DNA of 30,654 bases from Bdellovibrionota bacterium. Its GTDB lineage: Bacteria > Bdellovibrionota_C > UBA2361 > OMII01. The stretch's first letter is position 1; every line of letters starts with the position of its first letter. The stretch covers positions 1-30,654 of the forward strand of contig JBIKWQ010000041.1 of NCBI GenBank assembly GCA_044356215.1, in the 5' to 3' direction. The position numbers and the translations under genes were made by a program. Shown here in pieces: positions 17,595 to 28,301 of this stretch. The notes under the pieces are model-generated. The model searched no databases, was not told where the DNA came from, and was given only the letters and a program-made list of their open reading frames with translations.

Positions 17595-18696
17595 GAAAGC
17601 AGTCTCAGCGCGCCGCCTAGGCCGCGGCGCGCTGTTGATGCTGGCAATATTTTCGGCTTACGCCTCTCAGACTTTCGCTGACGACAAATTAAAAGTTGGA
17701 GTCAGTCTACCATTGTCGGGAGTCATAGCTGAATGCGGAGAAGCGATACGAAACGGTATAAATCTAGCGGTTAGCGCGAACCCCGATAGTTTTAAGTCGA
17801 TAGATTTTATCTTTGAGGATAATCAGTATGACAGTAAACGGGCTATCTCCGCGTACCATAAGCTACGCGAAACCGATCGCGTTAATTTAATCTTTAATTG
17901 GGGAGAGGCACCAACACTCGCAGTAGCCCCGATCGCCGAGAGAGACAAGTTTCCATTAGTCGCGTTATCAACCGACCCAAATCCTCTAAAGAATTTTAAA
18001 TACACTGTACGATTCATTAACTCCCAATCGGAATACGCCGAGAAACTCGTGACCCATCTTCGCAAGCAAGGAATAAAAAGGATCGGCATAGTGATGACCG
18101 ATGATCCGTATTACGTTAGCTACTTAGCAGCGATTAAAAGCTATCTCCATCTAGATGAGTCTCTATATCTGATCCAAAGCTATCTGCCAGGCGACATGGA
18201 TTTTAAATCAGCTATTCTTAAGGCTAAGGCTCAAAAATACGATGCCATAGGGATCTTTTTGTTCATTGGTCAGATCTCCTCTTTTTACAGGCAGGCAGCG
18301 ATTTTAAATTATCGGCCGCGAACCTTTGGCGGAGATGATTTTGATAGTAGATCTGAGGCCCTAGCGTCAAAAGGCGGCATGAGTAATTCAGTCTACGCAG
18401 CTAACAAGATATCTAACGACTTTGCCACCCGTTACCGAGAGCGTTTTAAAGACGACGCCTACCTTACTTATGCAGCAAATAGCTACGACTTCGCCAATAT
18501 GATTCCTAAGTTGCTACCGCTAAAAACGTCTCAAGCAGAATTAGAGATAATCGATCAACTAAGTGAAATTAAATTGCCTGATGGTGCGCTAGGTCGAGCT
18601 GAGTTTGTTAAGTCAGCGGATAATGGAAGCTACTTCCGCTTCCCGGTTGTAATTAACAAGATAGTTAAGGCGGGTGTAGAGGTTATTGAGGAGTGA
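17572..18696 (+). CDS. LivJ-like (Peripla_BP_6) ABC transporter substrate-binding protein; true start probably later (e.g. 17638)
   Basis: KVGVSLPLSG, FIFEDNQYD, DMDFKSAILK and AANSYD motifs; signal-peptide-like stretch. Confidence 0.88.
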   Translation: MRCFWWIKKAVSARRLGRGALLMLAIFSAYASQTFADDKLKVGVSLPLSGVIAECGEAIRNGINLAVSANPDSFKSIDFIFEDNQYDSKRAISAYHKLRETDRVNLIFNWGEAPTLAVAPIAERDKFPLVALSTDPNPLKNFKYTVRFINSQSEYAEKLVTHLRKQGIKRIGIVMTDDPYYVSYLAAIKSYLHLDESLYLIQSYLPGDMDFKSAILKAKAQKYDAIGIFLFIGQISSFYRQAAILNYRPRTFGGDDFDSRSEALASKGGMSNSVYAANKISNDFATRYRERFKDDAYLTYAANSYDFANMIPKLLPLKTSQAELEIIDQLSEIKLPDGALGRAEFVKSADNGSYFRFPVVINKIVKAGVEVIEE

Positions 18697-18720
18697 TCTC
18701 AATGCGCCATGCCTAACAGG

Positions 18721-20166
18721 TCACAACTCTCCAGCAAGATCATCCAGAGTCAAAACTCGATCGAAGTATCTTCTCTCTTTTAACGACTCCGTAACGCCGG
18801 TCGCTGATATAAGAATTCTCTCTACTCGCTGTTTTATATGGTGTGAATAAAAAGATACAGCTCTCTCAAAAGGCGTGATTACCGAAGCGTCAACAGGCAT
18901 GTGGGTGTATTTGATCTCGCAAACGGTATGAACTTGATCCGCGCGCTGAAAGATTAAATCTAGCTGATAATTTTTTATCTCGCTCGAAGCGACCCTAGAG
19001 AAATGCGAGCCGAAGCGATAATCGACCGCGGCGAATCCCAACTTATCCGCTATCACCGGCGCTTTAGTGACACACAGATACTCAAACGCGTACCCCAAGT
19101 GAGCTGAAAGCTCAGAATAAGAGACGGCACTCTCTGGCCTCTTGTTGTAGGCACCCTGCCTAACGCGCGCGAGTCGTGGTACGATATTTTTGAAGTAAGT
19201 CCTCAAAAAAGGATCCGCTATAGAGAACCTCTGAAGTAATGAGTTCTCCGGTTTGTCTAGGGGGACATATTGGCGAATCAATCCACAGAGAGCTAGCTCT
19301 TGAAGCAACCGCGAAAGCTCACCTCCTGATGATATTTTCAAGATCTCAGCTAAATCCTTGCGGTCGCTAAAAGATACCTTCGCTAGGTAGCGCAGGATCC
19401 TCTCAAAATCGGGGTTATTAGCGAGAGAGCTGACGATCATTCGATCAAACTCATTAACAAAGAAGCCGTTCTCTGAGAAAGCCTCATGCGCGAACGAAAG
19501 AAAGCATGAGGATCGCGCTCCCAGCCTAAGTAAGTACTCTGGAATACCGCCCACCAGCAGATACGCGTCGAAGGCCTCTCGAAGAGGGGTACGCGCAGGC
19601 AATAACTTCCGAGCGGCGGCAAAAGGTAACGGCCTAACATGCAGCTCGTGCTGAGAGCGATTATAAAGGGATTTTGAGCGCAGAACCTTATTCACCATAA
19701 AAGATGGCGATGAACCACAAAGCACAAGAATGAGTCGCGGATTCTTGCCGAGCCAGTTATCCCAAGCCAACTTCAGATCTGACGTTAGCTGCCCTCTGTA
19801 GGATGATAGCCACTGATACTCCTCAAGATACAAGGTCCAACATCCATTCTTGACAATAGCTCCAACAAGACGAAGAAAATCTTCCCAATTTCTAGGGTTC
19901 CAGCTGCTGATGGCTCTATCTGGGAGCTGCGCTGATAATTGTCTCACCGCGCTAGCGATTTGAGCTCGGAGTCCCCCATGCTCTACTCCCTCTATCTTCA
20001 GAATATTCCGATCCCCGAAGGCTTTTTCAATCAGAGTCGTCTTGCCTACTCGGCGTCTTCCATACACCACTACGATTGACGAATTCCCAGATTCAGAGAC
20101 CTTCACCAGGCGTTCCAGCTCAGCTTCTCTTCCCACAAATTCCGAAGCTTTGCCTATCATTTTCAT
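18721..20166 (-). CDS. Second ATPase_2-like ATPase with PD-(D/E)XK-like C-terminus (paralog of 10278-11687)
   Basis: FVGREAEL, YGRRRVGKT, LYLEEYQW, LCGS, GGIPEYL, QLDLIF...CEIKY. Start uncertain (20160, 20166 or 20184). Confidence 0.9.
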   Translation of the reverse strand: MKMIGKASEFVGREAELERLVKVSESGNSSIVVVYGRRRVGKTTLIEKAFGDRNILKIEGVEHGGLRAQIASAVRQLSAQLPDRAISSWNPRNWEDFLRLVGAIVKNGCWTLYLEEYQWLSSYRGQLTSDLKLAWDNWLGKNPRLILVLCGSSPSFMVNKVLRSKSLYNRSQHELHVRPLPFAAARKLLPARTPLREAFDAYLLVGGIPEYLLRLGARSSCFLSFAHEAFSENGFFVNEFDRMIVSSLANNPDFERILRYLAKVSFSDRKDLAEILKISSGGELSRLLQELALCGLIRQYVPLDKPENSLLQRFSIADPFLRTYFKNIVPRLARVRQGAYNKRPESAVSYSELSAHLGYAFEYLCVTKAPVIADKLGFAAVDYRFGSHFSRVASSEIKNYQLDLIFQRADQVHTVCEIKYTHMPVDASVITPFERAVSFYSHHIKQRVERILISATGVTESLKERRYFDRVLTLDDLAGEL

Positions 20167-20232
20167 TAGAAACTCGAGATTCACGAACGCTTAAAAACGG
20201 TTAATTTCGGCTTACTCATGCCGCTCTTAAAA

Positions 20233-20271
20233 TAATATACCACTTTTGTGCATCATAAAAGTGGTATATTA
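20233..20271. repeat. Inverted repeat with perfect 15-bp arms and 9-bp spacer
   Basis: TAATATACCACTTTT (20233-20247) / AAAAGTGGTATATTA (20257-20271). Confidence 0.9.
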
Positions 20272-20413
20272 ATGCTCCACAAAGCACTAATAGGCGGACT
20301 TTCAGAAAGAGCTGCGACAATCGTAGAAAGATCTCTTTACGCGGAATCCCTCTTTTATAATCTAGCCTCAATAGCGCTAGCTCCCCCGCAAGCCCCGCAC
20401 TCCGGAAATTTGA

Positions 20414-20442
20414 TTGCCTAGTTTAGATTTCCCGGGTATATT
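20414..20442 (+). promoter_or_regulatory. Sigma70 promoter, leaderless
   Basis: TTGCCT-17 bp-TATATT; GTG start 6 nt downstream. Confidence 0.6.
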
Positions 20443-20448
20443 TAAGCT

Positions 20449-21615
20449 GTGCTATCAAGAATCCTTAAACTACCGGAATCAAATCATTTTTTCCTGTTCG
20501 GCCCACGTCAAACGGGGAAAACGACTCTTGTAAGGAGCTCTTTCCCTAATGAGAGGCTTCATCAGATAGACCTACTATCCACCAAGACCTATGCGCTCCT
20601 AAAGGCTCATCCATCGCATATCTACTCTGAGATTAAAGCTCTGCCGAAAGACATCTCTCACGTCTTTATAGATGAGGCGCAACGAGTACCAGAGATACTT
20701 GATGAGGTTCAGCGCTTAATCGATGAAAAGATCCCTCAACGGTTTATTATCAGCGGCTCTAGCGCGCGAAAGTTAAAGCGCGGTCAGGCTAATCTTCTAG
20801 GTGGTCGTGCCTGGAAGGAGATCCTGTTCCCTCTAACGTTAGATGAGCTGCCTGACAACTACCATCTAGAGAAGATCTTAAGCCGAGGAACCCTCGTTCC
20901 AAATGTGATCGCTCCGAGTGATAATGACGCGGAGATGAATCTGCGAGCCTACGGCGAGGAGTATCTAAAAGAAGAGATTATCGCCGAAGGTATAACTCGT
21001 AATGTGGGGGCTTTCATCAGATTTTTGGGGATAGCGGCGCAGTGTAACGGTGAGCAGCTTAACTACACCAACATAGCTCGAGATGTAGTAATGTCGGGGG
21101 TGGCGGCAAAGGAGTATTTCGCGATCTTAGAAGATACCCTTATAGGCTCATTCCTACCATCTTTCGCGTTATCTGAGAGGAAGAGATTTAAAGTTAGTCC
21201 TAAATTCTACTTTTTTGACACTGGGGTTCTGCGCGCGCTACAGGGACAACTTAGAGTCGAACTTAGGCCTCAAACTTTTGCTTATGGCAATTACTTCGAG
21301 AGCTGGATAATTAATCAGGTGCGGACGCTATCTCGGTATTTTAAGAAAGATTTACAGCTCTCGTTTCTTAGAACGGCCGCTGGCGCTGAGGTTGATCTTA
21401 TCATCGAAACACCTTTGGGAGAGGTATTGGGCATAGAGATTAAAACCAAAGCTGTGCCAGACTCGCGCGATTTCGAAGGCGGCTTTGCCGCGCTAAAAAA
21501 GATAGTTCCTAAAGCAAAGTGCTTCTGCGTATATTCGGGAGAGGTTAAACGTGTTTCAGATGGCTATCAAATTATTCCGTACAAAGATTTTTTTAAATTA
21601 ATTAAGTCGCTTTAG
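20449..21615 (+). CDS. AAA_14 + DUF4143 ATPase with C-terminal PD-(D/E)XK-like motif
   Basis: FGPRQTGKT, VFIDEAQRVP, ISGSSARKL, LLGGRA, PKFYFFDTG, EVDLII..IEIK. Confidence 0.92.
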   Translation: MLSRILKLPESNHFFLFGPRQTGKTTLVRSSFPNERLHQIDLLSTKTYALLKAHPSHIYSEIKALPKDISHVFIDEAQRVPEILDEVQRLIDEKIPQRFIISGSSARKLKRGQANLLGGRAWKEILFPLTLDELPDNYHLEKILSRGTLVPNVIAPSDNDAEMNLRAYGEEYLKEEIIAEGITRNVGAFIRFLGIAAQCNGEQLNYTNIARDVVMSGVAAKEYFAILEDTLIGSFLPSFALSERKRFKVSPKFYFFDTGVLRALQGQLRVELRPQTFAYGNYFESWIINQVRTLSRYFKKDLQLSFLRTAAGAEVDLIIETPLGEVLGIEIKTKAVPDSRDFEGGFAALKKIVPKAKCFCVYSGEVKRVSDGYQIIPYKDFFKLIKSL

Positions 21616-21660
21616 GGAAGAACGGAAACGCCGGCCCTGGCGAGTAGCTTATTTCAGACT

Positions 21661-22398
21661 TCACCTAGCTCCATCGCTCTCGGCGGAGGACTCATTCTTC
21701 TTGGGAGTATAGTTATCGCTAGGGGCTCGGTTTCTTAGGTTTAAATAAGAAACTATAATCGGCGTCCTGAAAACCACATTTACTAGATGCATCACTATAA
21801 TACTCCAAGCTGTCAGATACCCGATCTGAAATCCGTATATCATCCCAGTAAGGTCTTTTAAGTAGAGAACAACGTGCATCGGTAGCGACACAGCGCCACG
21901 AGAGCGATTTAACTTCAATGTCCGATATTGCGAGTATGCTCCCTGCGCCATCATTACAGTAGCTAATGACACAAGTCCATTAGCGACCCAGTAACTAGCC
22001 GTCACACCACGAAAACCAGAGGTGATCACAAGAACTGATAATAGGATTGACCCAGAGGCGATATAGAAAGCGGCCCTTGAACCAGAGGTACGTCGCTCTC
22101 TGTAAATTTCCCAGATGATCCAGTAGAGGAGCAGCCCAACGATCGCGCGTGGGTAGGTTAGAAATGGGTCCGCGCCCTTTGAGTCGACTACTAGCCCGAA
22201 GATAAAGAAGGTGTAGACCGCGAAAAAAGAGGAGAAGACCTGATTAACAGAGACGCTGTGGGTAGCCGGCTCGTTTAGCTCGCCAAGCGCACGCAGCTTT
22301 CTTCTTTTAGCGATAGTTCTTATCTGGTGCCCGATAGCGGGGATCGCCGAGAGAAAAAATACCGAGCTGATTAGTCCCCAGAAGTCGTGTGAGTTCAT
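21661..22398 (-). CDS. PQ-loop/SWEET-like 7-TM membrane protein
   Basis: Two repeats of helix-Q-basic loop-VS-helix-[FY]G (HQIRTI..SVS..IFG; SQYRTL..AVS..IYG). Confidence 0.65.
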   Translation of the reverse strand: MNSHDFWGLISSVFFLSAIPAIGHQIRTIAKRRKLRALGELNEPATHSVSVNQVFSSFFAVYTFFIFGLVVDSKGADPFLTYPRAIVGLLLYWIIWEIYRERRTSGSRAAFYIASGSILLSVLVITSGFRGVTASYWVANGLVSLATVMMAQGAYSQYRTLKLNRSRGAVSLPMHVVLYLKDLTGMIYGFQIGYLTAWSIIVMHLVNVVFRTPIIVSYLNLRNRAPSDNYTPKKNESSAESDGAR

Positions 22399-22517
22399 TG
22401 GGACGGTAGAGTAGCAGCTTTAGGTCAGTTGAGCATTTAAAATTTGTAACTACTAAGTATATTCCGCCGCGATAAAATTAGTCTCTATTAATAGGCGGGA
22501 CTGAGCAAGTAGGATCC

Positions 22518-22538
22518 AAAAAGTCTGCAATCAGACTT
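22518..22538 (-). terminator. Possible intrinsic terminator after hsdR
   Basis: 7-bp stem AAGTCTG/CAGACTT with a 4-nt loop and a short U tract on the minus strand; weak. Confidence 0.35.
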
Positions 22539-22610
22539 AATATTCCGACTCCTTAAAATAGCAGGCTTGCACTAACGAATGGGGCTTACCCTGCCACTAT
22601 CAAAACAAAC

Positions 22611-25600
22611 TCAAACTTTTCCACCCACCCCCTTAAACTTCTCCACAAACGCCCCGATCTTTCTAAAAACAACCTGCTTAATAGTCAAATACTGTGGATT
22701 AAGCGGACTCATTTTGGGCAAAATTGCATTCAGCTCAGTGCCGCTATCGCTGGCATACTCACGCTTGATCGACGTGGCGATATAGCGTTTGGCGGCTTCG
22801 GCGTTTAGATTCTCAGCAGAAATCAGCTCCTCGGCTTCGCGCTGTTGCTCTGCGCGCGCAAAGGTGAAAAAGGCGTCGATGATTCCGGCTTTGTGATCGA
22901 TGGTATCGAGATCGGTTTGATTGATGAAATCGACTACGAGGCTCTCTTTGGCTCGGTTGCCAATACTGGAGCGGATAATGCGGCGGACATCTTCGACTAA
23001 GGTTGCCTTGTCTTTTACCTTTCTATGTTTTTCGAAGATCTGCTCAAGAATATAATCGAGGTTTATCTCAAGGGATTTTAGGAGGTCTACCTCGAAGACA
23101 ACATCATTCCAATCGATAATTGATTCTTCGTTTTCATTGGCGGCCTTCTGTCCCCGTAACCAATCGCGAATATCATTGTAGGTAGATCGGTAATCCTGGA
23201 TCTTTCGCTCTGGAGGTAGCTCTATTTTATTAAGTTCAGCGAACTGCTGATCAGCTAAGTGATACTTCTCCTTAAACGCTGTAACGGCTGCGGGATCACC
23301 TGTATCGAGGCCCTGCATAGCTTTAAGGCTCGCGAACTCGTCGTAATTTTGTAGGATGTTTTCTAAGCGAAGATACTCGCCGAAGAGCTTGGCGAACTCC
23401 TTCTTATCGGACTCTTTTTCAATCTGTTCTGGGTGCGGAAATCGTTGTTGTAACTCCGCTACCACATCAATGAAACCTCGCCGCGCCTCTCCGGTGTCTG
23501 CGTCGTTGAAGCCCTCCATGTACTCTTTATAGCTCTTCTCGAGTACTACGTTTTTGGTATTCTTGTCTCCAAAAAGGGTGATCGCCTCTATAGTAGCCTG
23601 CTCTAAATCACGGAAGGTAACGATATTGCCAAATGTCTTAGTAGAGTCAAGAATCCGGTTAGTGCGTGAGTAGGCCTGAATCAACCCGTGAAAGCGCAAA
23701 TTTTTGTCGACGAATAAGGTATTAAGCGTCGGCGCATCAAAGCCCGTAAGAAACATGCCAACAACAATCAGTAAATCAACATCTCTGTCTTTGACTCTCT
23801 TGGCTAAGTCACGGTAATAGTTTTGAAAACCGTTACTATCGACACTAAAGTTAGTCTTAAAAAACGCATTATAGTCAGCTATCGCCGCACTTAAAAACTC
23901 TTTAGCGCTTGTATTCATCGCTGAGACATCAAAGCTCTCGTCGGGAATATCGCCAACCGCATCCTGCTCTTCATTAGCGTCAAAAGAAAAGATGGTAGCA
24001 ATCTTTAGCGGCTTATCGGAGCTCTCCTGTAACTTACAGAGCGTTTTATAATAGAGCTTAGCCGCATCAACGCTACTCACGGCAAGCATGGCGTTAAACC
24101 CGCGACCTCCACCTTGTAGCCGATGGGTCTTTACGCGAAAGTTGTCAAGAATATACTGCGAGATCTCCCGAATCCTGTCGGGGTGCAAGAAGGCTCGCTT
24201 GTTCTCAGCCGCACTAAGTTTCGCTGCGTCTTGTTCGGTCTCAATACTCTTAAATTGCGGGCGTACATCATTGTAGTCGACCTTAAATTTCAGCACCTTA
24301 TCATCACGGATTGCGTCAGTAATCACATACGAATGCAGTTGCGTGCCAAAAACATCCGCTGTGGTTTCTGCGCCTGATGCATTAGCCGGGAAAATTGGCG
24401 TACCGGTAAACCCAAACTGATAAAAGCGCCTAAAATTCTTCTTTAAGTTCTTTTGCGCCTCTCCAAACTGGCTGCGGTGGCATTCGTCAAAGATAAAGAC
24501 TACTTGCTTATTGTAGACCGCGAGATCCCCTTCCGTTTTCATCAGGTTATTGAGCTTCTGAATAGTCGTGACAATAATCTTATTGTCATCCTTTTCGATA
24601 TTACGCTTAAGACCGGCAGTGCTATCGGAGCCATTGACGCTATCTGGAGAAAAGCGCTGATACTCTTTCATCGTCTGATAGTCGAGATCTTTCCTATCGA
24701 CAACGAAAAACACTTTATCTATAAAATCCAGTTCAGTCGCTAAGCGCGCTGCTTTAAAGCTCGTCAGTGTCTTTCCAGAACCTGTCGTGTGCCAAATATA
24801 TCCACCACCCTCTGGAGTGCTCCAACTCTTAGATTCATATGAGCTCTTAATCTTCCAATAGATGCGCTCTGTAGCGGCTATCTGATACGGGCGCATCACC
24901 AGCAGATTATTACTGACATCAAAGACTGAGTAGTTGAAAAGCACCCTTAGTAAGGTACCCCTCTGAAAAAACGTAGCGGTGAAATCTTTAAGATCTTTAA
25001 TCAGTCCGTTGTCCTTCTGCGCCCAGTTCATCGTAAAATCAAAGCTATTTTTACTTCGCTGGGTAGTATTGGCAAAGTAGCGCGTGTCAGTGCCGTTTGA
25101 GATGACGAAAAGCTGCAAGTACTTATAGAGGGAATGATCGCTATTAAAGCTCTCTTTGCTGTAGCGGTGAATCTGGTTAAACGCCTCGCGGATTGCGATG
25201 CCACGCTTCTTTAATTCAACTTGCACGAGCGGTAGCCCGTTAACCAAGATAGTAACATCGTACCGGTTGGCGTGAGATCCTACCTGTTCAAACTGGTTAA
25301 TGACCTGGAGCTTATTGCGAGCTATATGCTTTTTATCAAATAAGTAGATGTTCTGAATGCGACCATCATCGAAGACGAAGTCATGAATATAATTCTCATG
25401 CACCTTACGCGCCCTATCGACATTATTGTCACTCGGTTTATCCAAGAAGGTCTCAACAAATCGCGACCACTCGCTATCTGAAAACTGTACATTATTCAGA
25501 CTTTGTAGCTGCACACGCACATTTGCTGCCATCGCTTCAGGTGAGCGTAAAGTTGACGAGAATTCATAGCCTTGATTTATTAAGTCTTGAATCAGCTCCT

Positions 25601-25712
25601 GCTCTAAGTCAGCCTCGCTTTGATAGCTCTCAGCAACGACCCATTCTCTGGTGTAATTATCGAGAACGATGAAGCGGTTGCATTCGGCGATTGTTTTTGT
25701 GTATTCAGCCAT
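22611..25712 (-). CDS. hsdR: Type I restriction endonuclease subunit R (Type IC, EcoR124/EcoprrI-like)
   Basis: RYDVTIL..QVELK nuclease motif, [37 protein letters not shown] 25712 overlaps the prrC stop. Confidence 0.97.
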   Translation of the reverse strand: MAEYTKTIAECNRFIVLDNYTREWVVAESYQSEADLEQELIQDLINQGYEFSSTLRSPEAMAANVRVQLQSLNNVQFSDSEWSRFVETFLDKPSDNNVDRARKVHENYIHDFVFDDGRIQNIYLFDKKHIARNKLQVINQFEQVGSHANRYDVTILVNGLPLVQVELKKRGIAIREAFNQIHRYSKESFNSDHSLYKYLQLFVISNGTDTRYFANTTQRSKNSFDFTMNWAQKDNGLIKDLKDFTATFFQRGTLLRVLFNYSVFDVSNNLLVMRPYQIAATERIYWKIKSSYESKSWSTPEGGGYIWHTTGSGKTLTSFKAARLATELDFIDKVFFVVDRKDLDYQTMKEYQRFSPDSVNGSDSTAGLKRNIEKDDNKIIVTTIQKLNNLMKTEGDLAVYNKQVVFIFDECHRSQFGEAQKNLKKNFRRFYQFGFTGTPIFPANASGAETTADVFGTQLHSYVITDAIRDDKVLKFKVDYNDVRPQFKSIETEQDAAKLSAAENKRAFLHPDRIREISQYILDNFRVKTHRLQGGGRGFNAMLAVSSVDAAKLYYKTLCKLQESSDKPLKIATIFSFDANEEQDAVGDIPDESFDVSAMNTSAKEFLSAAIADYNAFFKTNFSVDSNGFQNYYRDLAKRVKDRDVDLLIVVGMFLTGFDAPTLNTLFVDKNLRFHGLIQAYSRTNRILDSTKTFGNIVTFRDLEQATIEAITLFGDKNTKNVVLEKSYKEYMEGFNDADTGEARRGFIDVVAELQQRFPHPEQIEKESDKKEFAKLFGEYLRLENILQNYDEFASLKAMQGLDTGDPAAVTAFKEKYHLADQQFAELNKIELPPERKIQDYRSTYNDIRDWLRGQKAANENEESIIDWNDVVFEVDLLKSLEINLDYILEQIFEKHRKVKDKATLVEDVRRIIRSSIGNRAKESLVVDFINQTDLDTIDHKAGIIDAFFTFARAEQQREAEELISAENLNAEAAKRYIATSIKREYASDSGTELNAILPKMSPLNPQYLTIKQVVFRKIGAFVEKFKGVGGKV

Positions 25713-26886
25713 CACTCTCTTCCTGCGGCTTCCAGTAGCCAGATTTTTCAATTAGGTTTTTTAGCAAATTTTGTACTATTTGCTTCTCTGGTTCTGTTAG
25801 TTCGGCTACTTCCTCGTTGGATAAGGTGCGATGGCTACTAAAGTTGACTATACGTCTTAAATAGCCCTCCTTGCCTTCGTTAGGCAATAAGTCCGACCAA
25901 TGCTTATAACCCAAAAAACCAGCGGTTTTCTCGTATAGATTGCGCAGTAACGTAAAGTGGTATTTCTCGATCTGATTGCTCGCGATCGCTTGCTCTAGGG
26001 TTTGCTTTAAATATAGGTGATATGAAAAACTCTTGTTCGAATCACCTATTTTCTCATCAAGTTCGAAGGATCCATCTTCAAACCGCCTCAGAATGTAGCC
26101 CCTACTAGCTCCAAGCTCACTATACAGGACCTTATAAAAAAGAGGGTTATGGGTGGTGATAACGAACTTAAGTCCTTCCCCTTTTGTGAAATCACTCTCT
26201 TTTATTAAAGCTGCTAAATTCACGGCTAGCTCTATCAAATGATTTTCATCGAGCGAACTGACCGGATCATCAATGAACACATACTCTAGGTGATCAAACT
26301 GATTGGTCTCCCGATCAATAGGCTCGACCACTTTGAGAATATCAATCACCTGAACTAATAGCGCATAAAAAACGCTCCAGATAAAAACACTCTCTTCACC
26401 TTTGGAGATCTTAATATCACCAGAAGTAGTATCGTCACCACGCTTCAAAGAGAACGTTACATCAGAGAAATCAGCCTCTGAAAATTCGCCCCCGTCGTCG
26501 TCTTTAGGTTTATTAAATCTTGGGGTCAGCTTATCACTTGCATAGCGTTGAAAGTTAGCAATGATATTCTGATCTTGCCCCTGATCTTTGAGGATCCAGT
26601 TAGTGAACGAATTAGGCTGAATCTTTAGTTTTGGTGCCGCATCTACATCAAGGTCGTTGTCCCAAAAAAAGAGATCTTCGGTGAAAGCGTTATAGTAGAG
26701 GATTTTCTTGAGAGGATACTCCGGTTGTTCTTGAGCTCCATCATCCACATCATTCTTCGGCGCTACCAATTCTTTCATCTCGCGCGAAAGACGTGTTTTC
26801 CCCGTGCTGTTAAAGGCGTAGATGAGTTGCACCTTTTTGTCGGCGTCCTTTAACTGTTCCGCTATCTGTTTTAGCGTCTTGCTCAT
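25705..26886 (-). CDS. prrC: Anticodon nuclease PrrC (ABC ATPase + HEPN RNase)
   Basis: [51 protein letters not shown] and SH catalytic residues; lies between hsdS and hsdR as in the E. coli prr locus. Confidence 0.95.
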   Translation of the reverse strand: MSKTLKQIAEQLKDADKKVQLIYAFNSTGKTRLSREMKELVAPKNDVDDGAQEQPEYPLKKILYYNAFTEDLFFWDNDLDVDAAPKLKIQPNSFTNWILKDQGQDQNIIANFQRYASDKLTPRFNKPKDDDGGEFSEADFSDVTFSLKRGDDTTSGDIKISKGEESVFIWSVFYALLVQVIDILKVVEPIDRETNQFDHLEYVFIDDPVSSLDENHLIELAVNLAALIKESDFTKGEGLKFVITTHNPLFYKVLYSELGASRGYILRRFEDGSFELDEKIGDSNKSFSYHLYLKQTLEQAIASNQIEKYHFTLLRNLYEKTAGFLGYKHWSDLLPNEGKEGYLRRIVNFSSHRTLSNEEVAELTEPEKQIVQNLLKNLIEKSGYWKPQEESDG

Positions 26887-26887
26887 G

Positions 26888-28099
<1,212 letters not shown>

Positions 28100-28125
28100 C
28101 GCCACCCTCACCATCAAAAATGCTC

Positions 28126-28299
28126 TTATTCATTCCAAAACCCTTCAACGTGCCAGTTGAGATCGAATCCAAATAACCTATACGGTCCGATACACTCGTC
28201 GACGTAAAACGCGTCAAGGCCGCCCGCGTTGCTTGCAGCAACAAAGATGAGACTCTCTGCTGCCGATGACCCGATAGAAGGCACCTTCTTCTTACACAT
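28126..28299 (-). pseudogene. Internally deleted RhuM-family remnant (57 aa)
   Basis: Manual translation MCKKKVPSIGSSAAESLIFVAASNAGGLDAFYVDECIGPYRLFGFDLNW... resembles the recalled RhuM N-terminus (SSAAEYLTFVAA..Y.DE) joined to its C-terminus (DRLFESDFD). Confidence 0.65.
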
Positions 28300-28301
28300 A
28301 T

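Noticed and set aside
11835..20204. 14/16 motif shared upstream of the two ATPase paralogs (11835-11850 versus 20189-20204)
   Set aside because: Opposite orientation and different distance relative to the genes; AT-rich.
18701..20294. Degenerate direct repeat flanking the second ATPase (aatgcgccat..ctaacagg / aatgctccac..ctaatagg)
   Set aside because: Needs several gaps and mismatches; not distinguishable from background.
21613..21637. Third REP copy at the AAA_14 stop (TAGGGA..GCCGGCC)
   Set aside because: Only the two ends match and the middle differs in sequence and length.
20288..22498. TAATAGGCGG at 20288 and 22489 as cassette boundaries
   Set aside because: A 10-bp match is expected by chance in 30 kb, and there is no further support.
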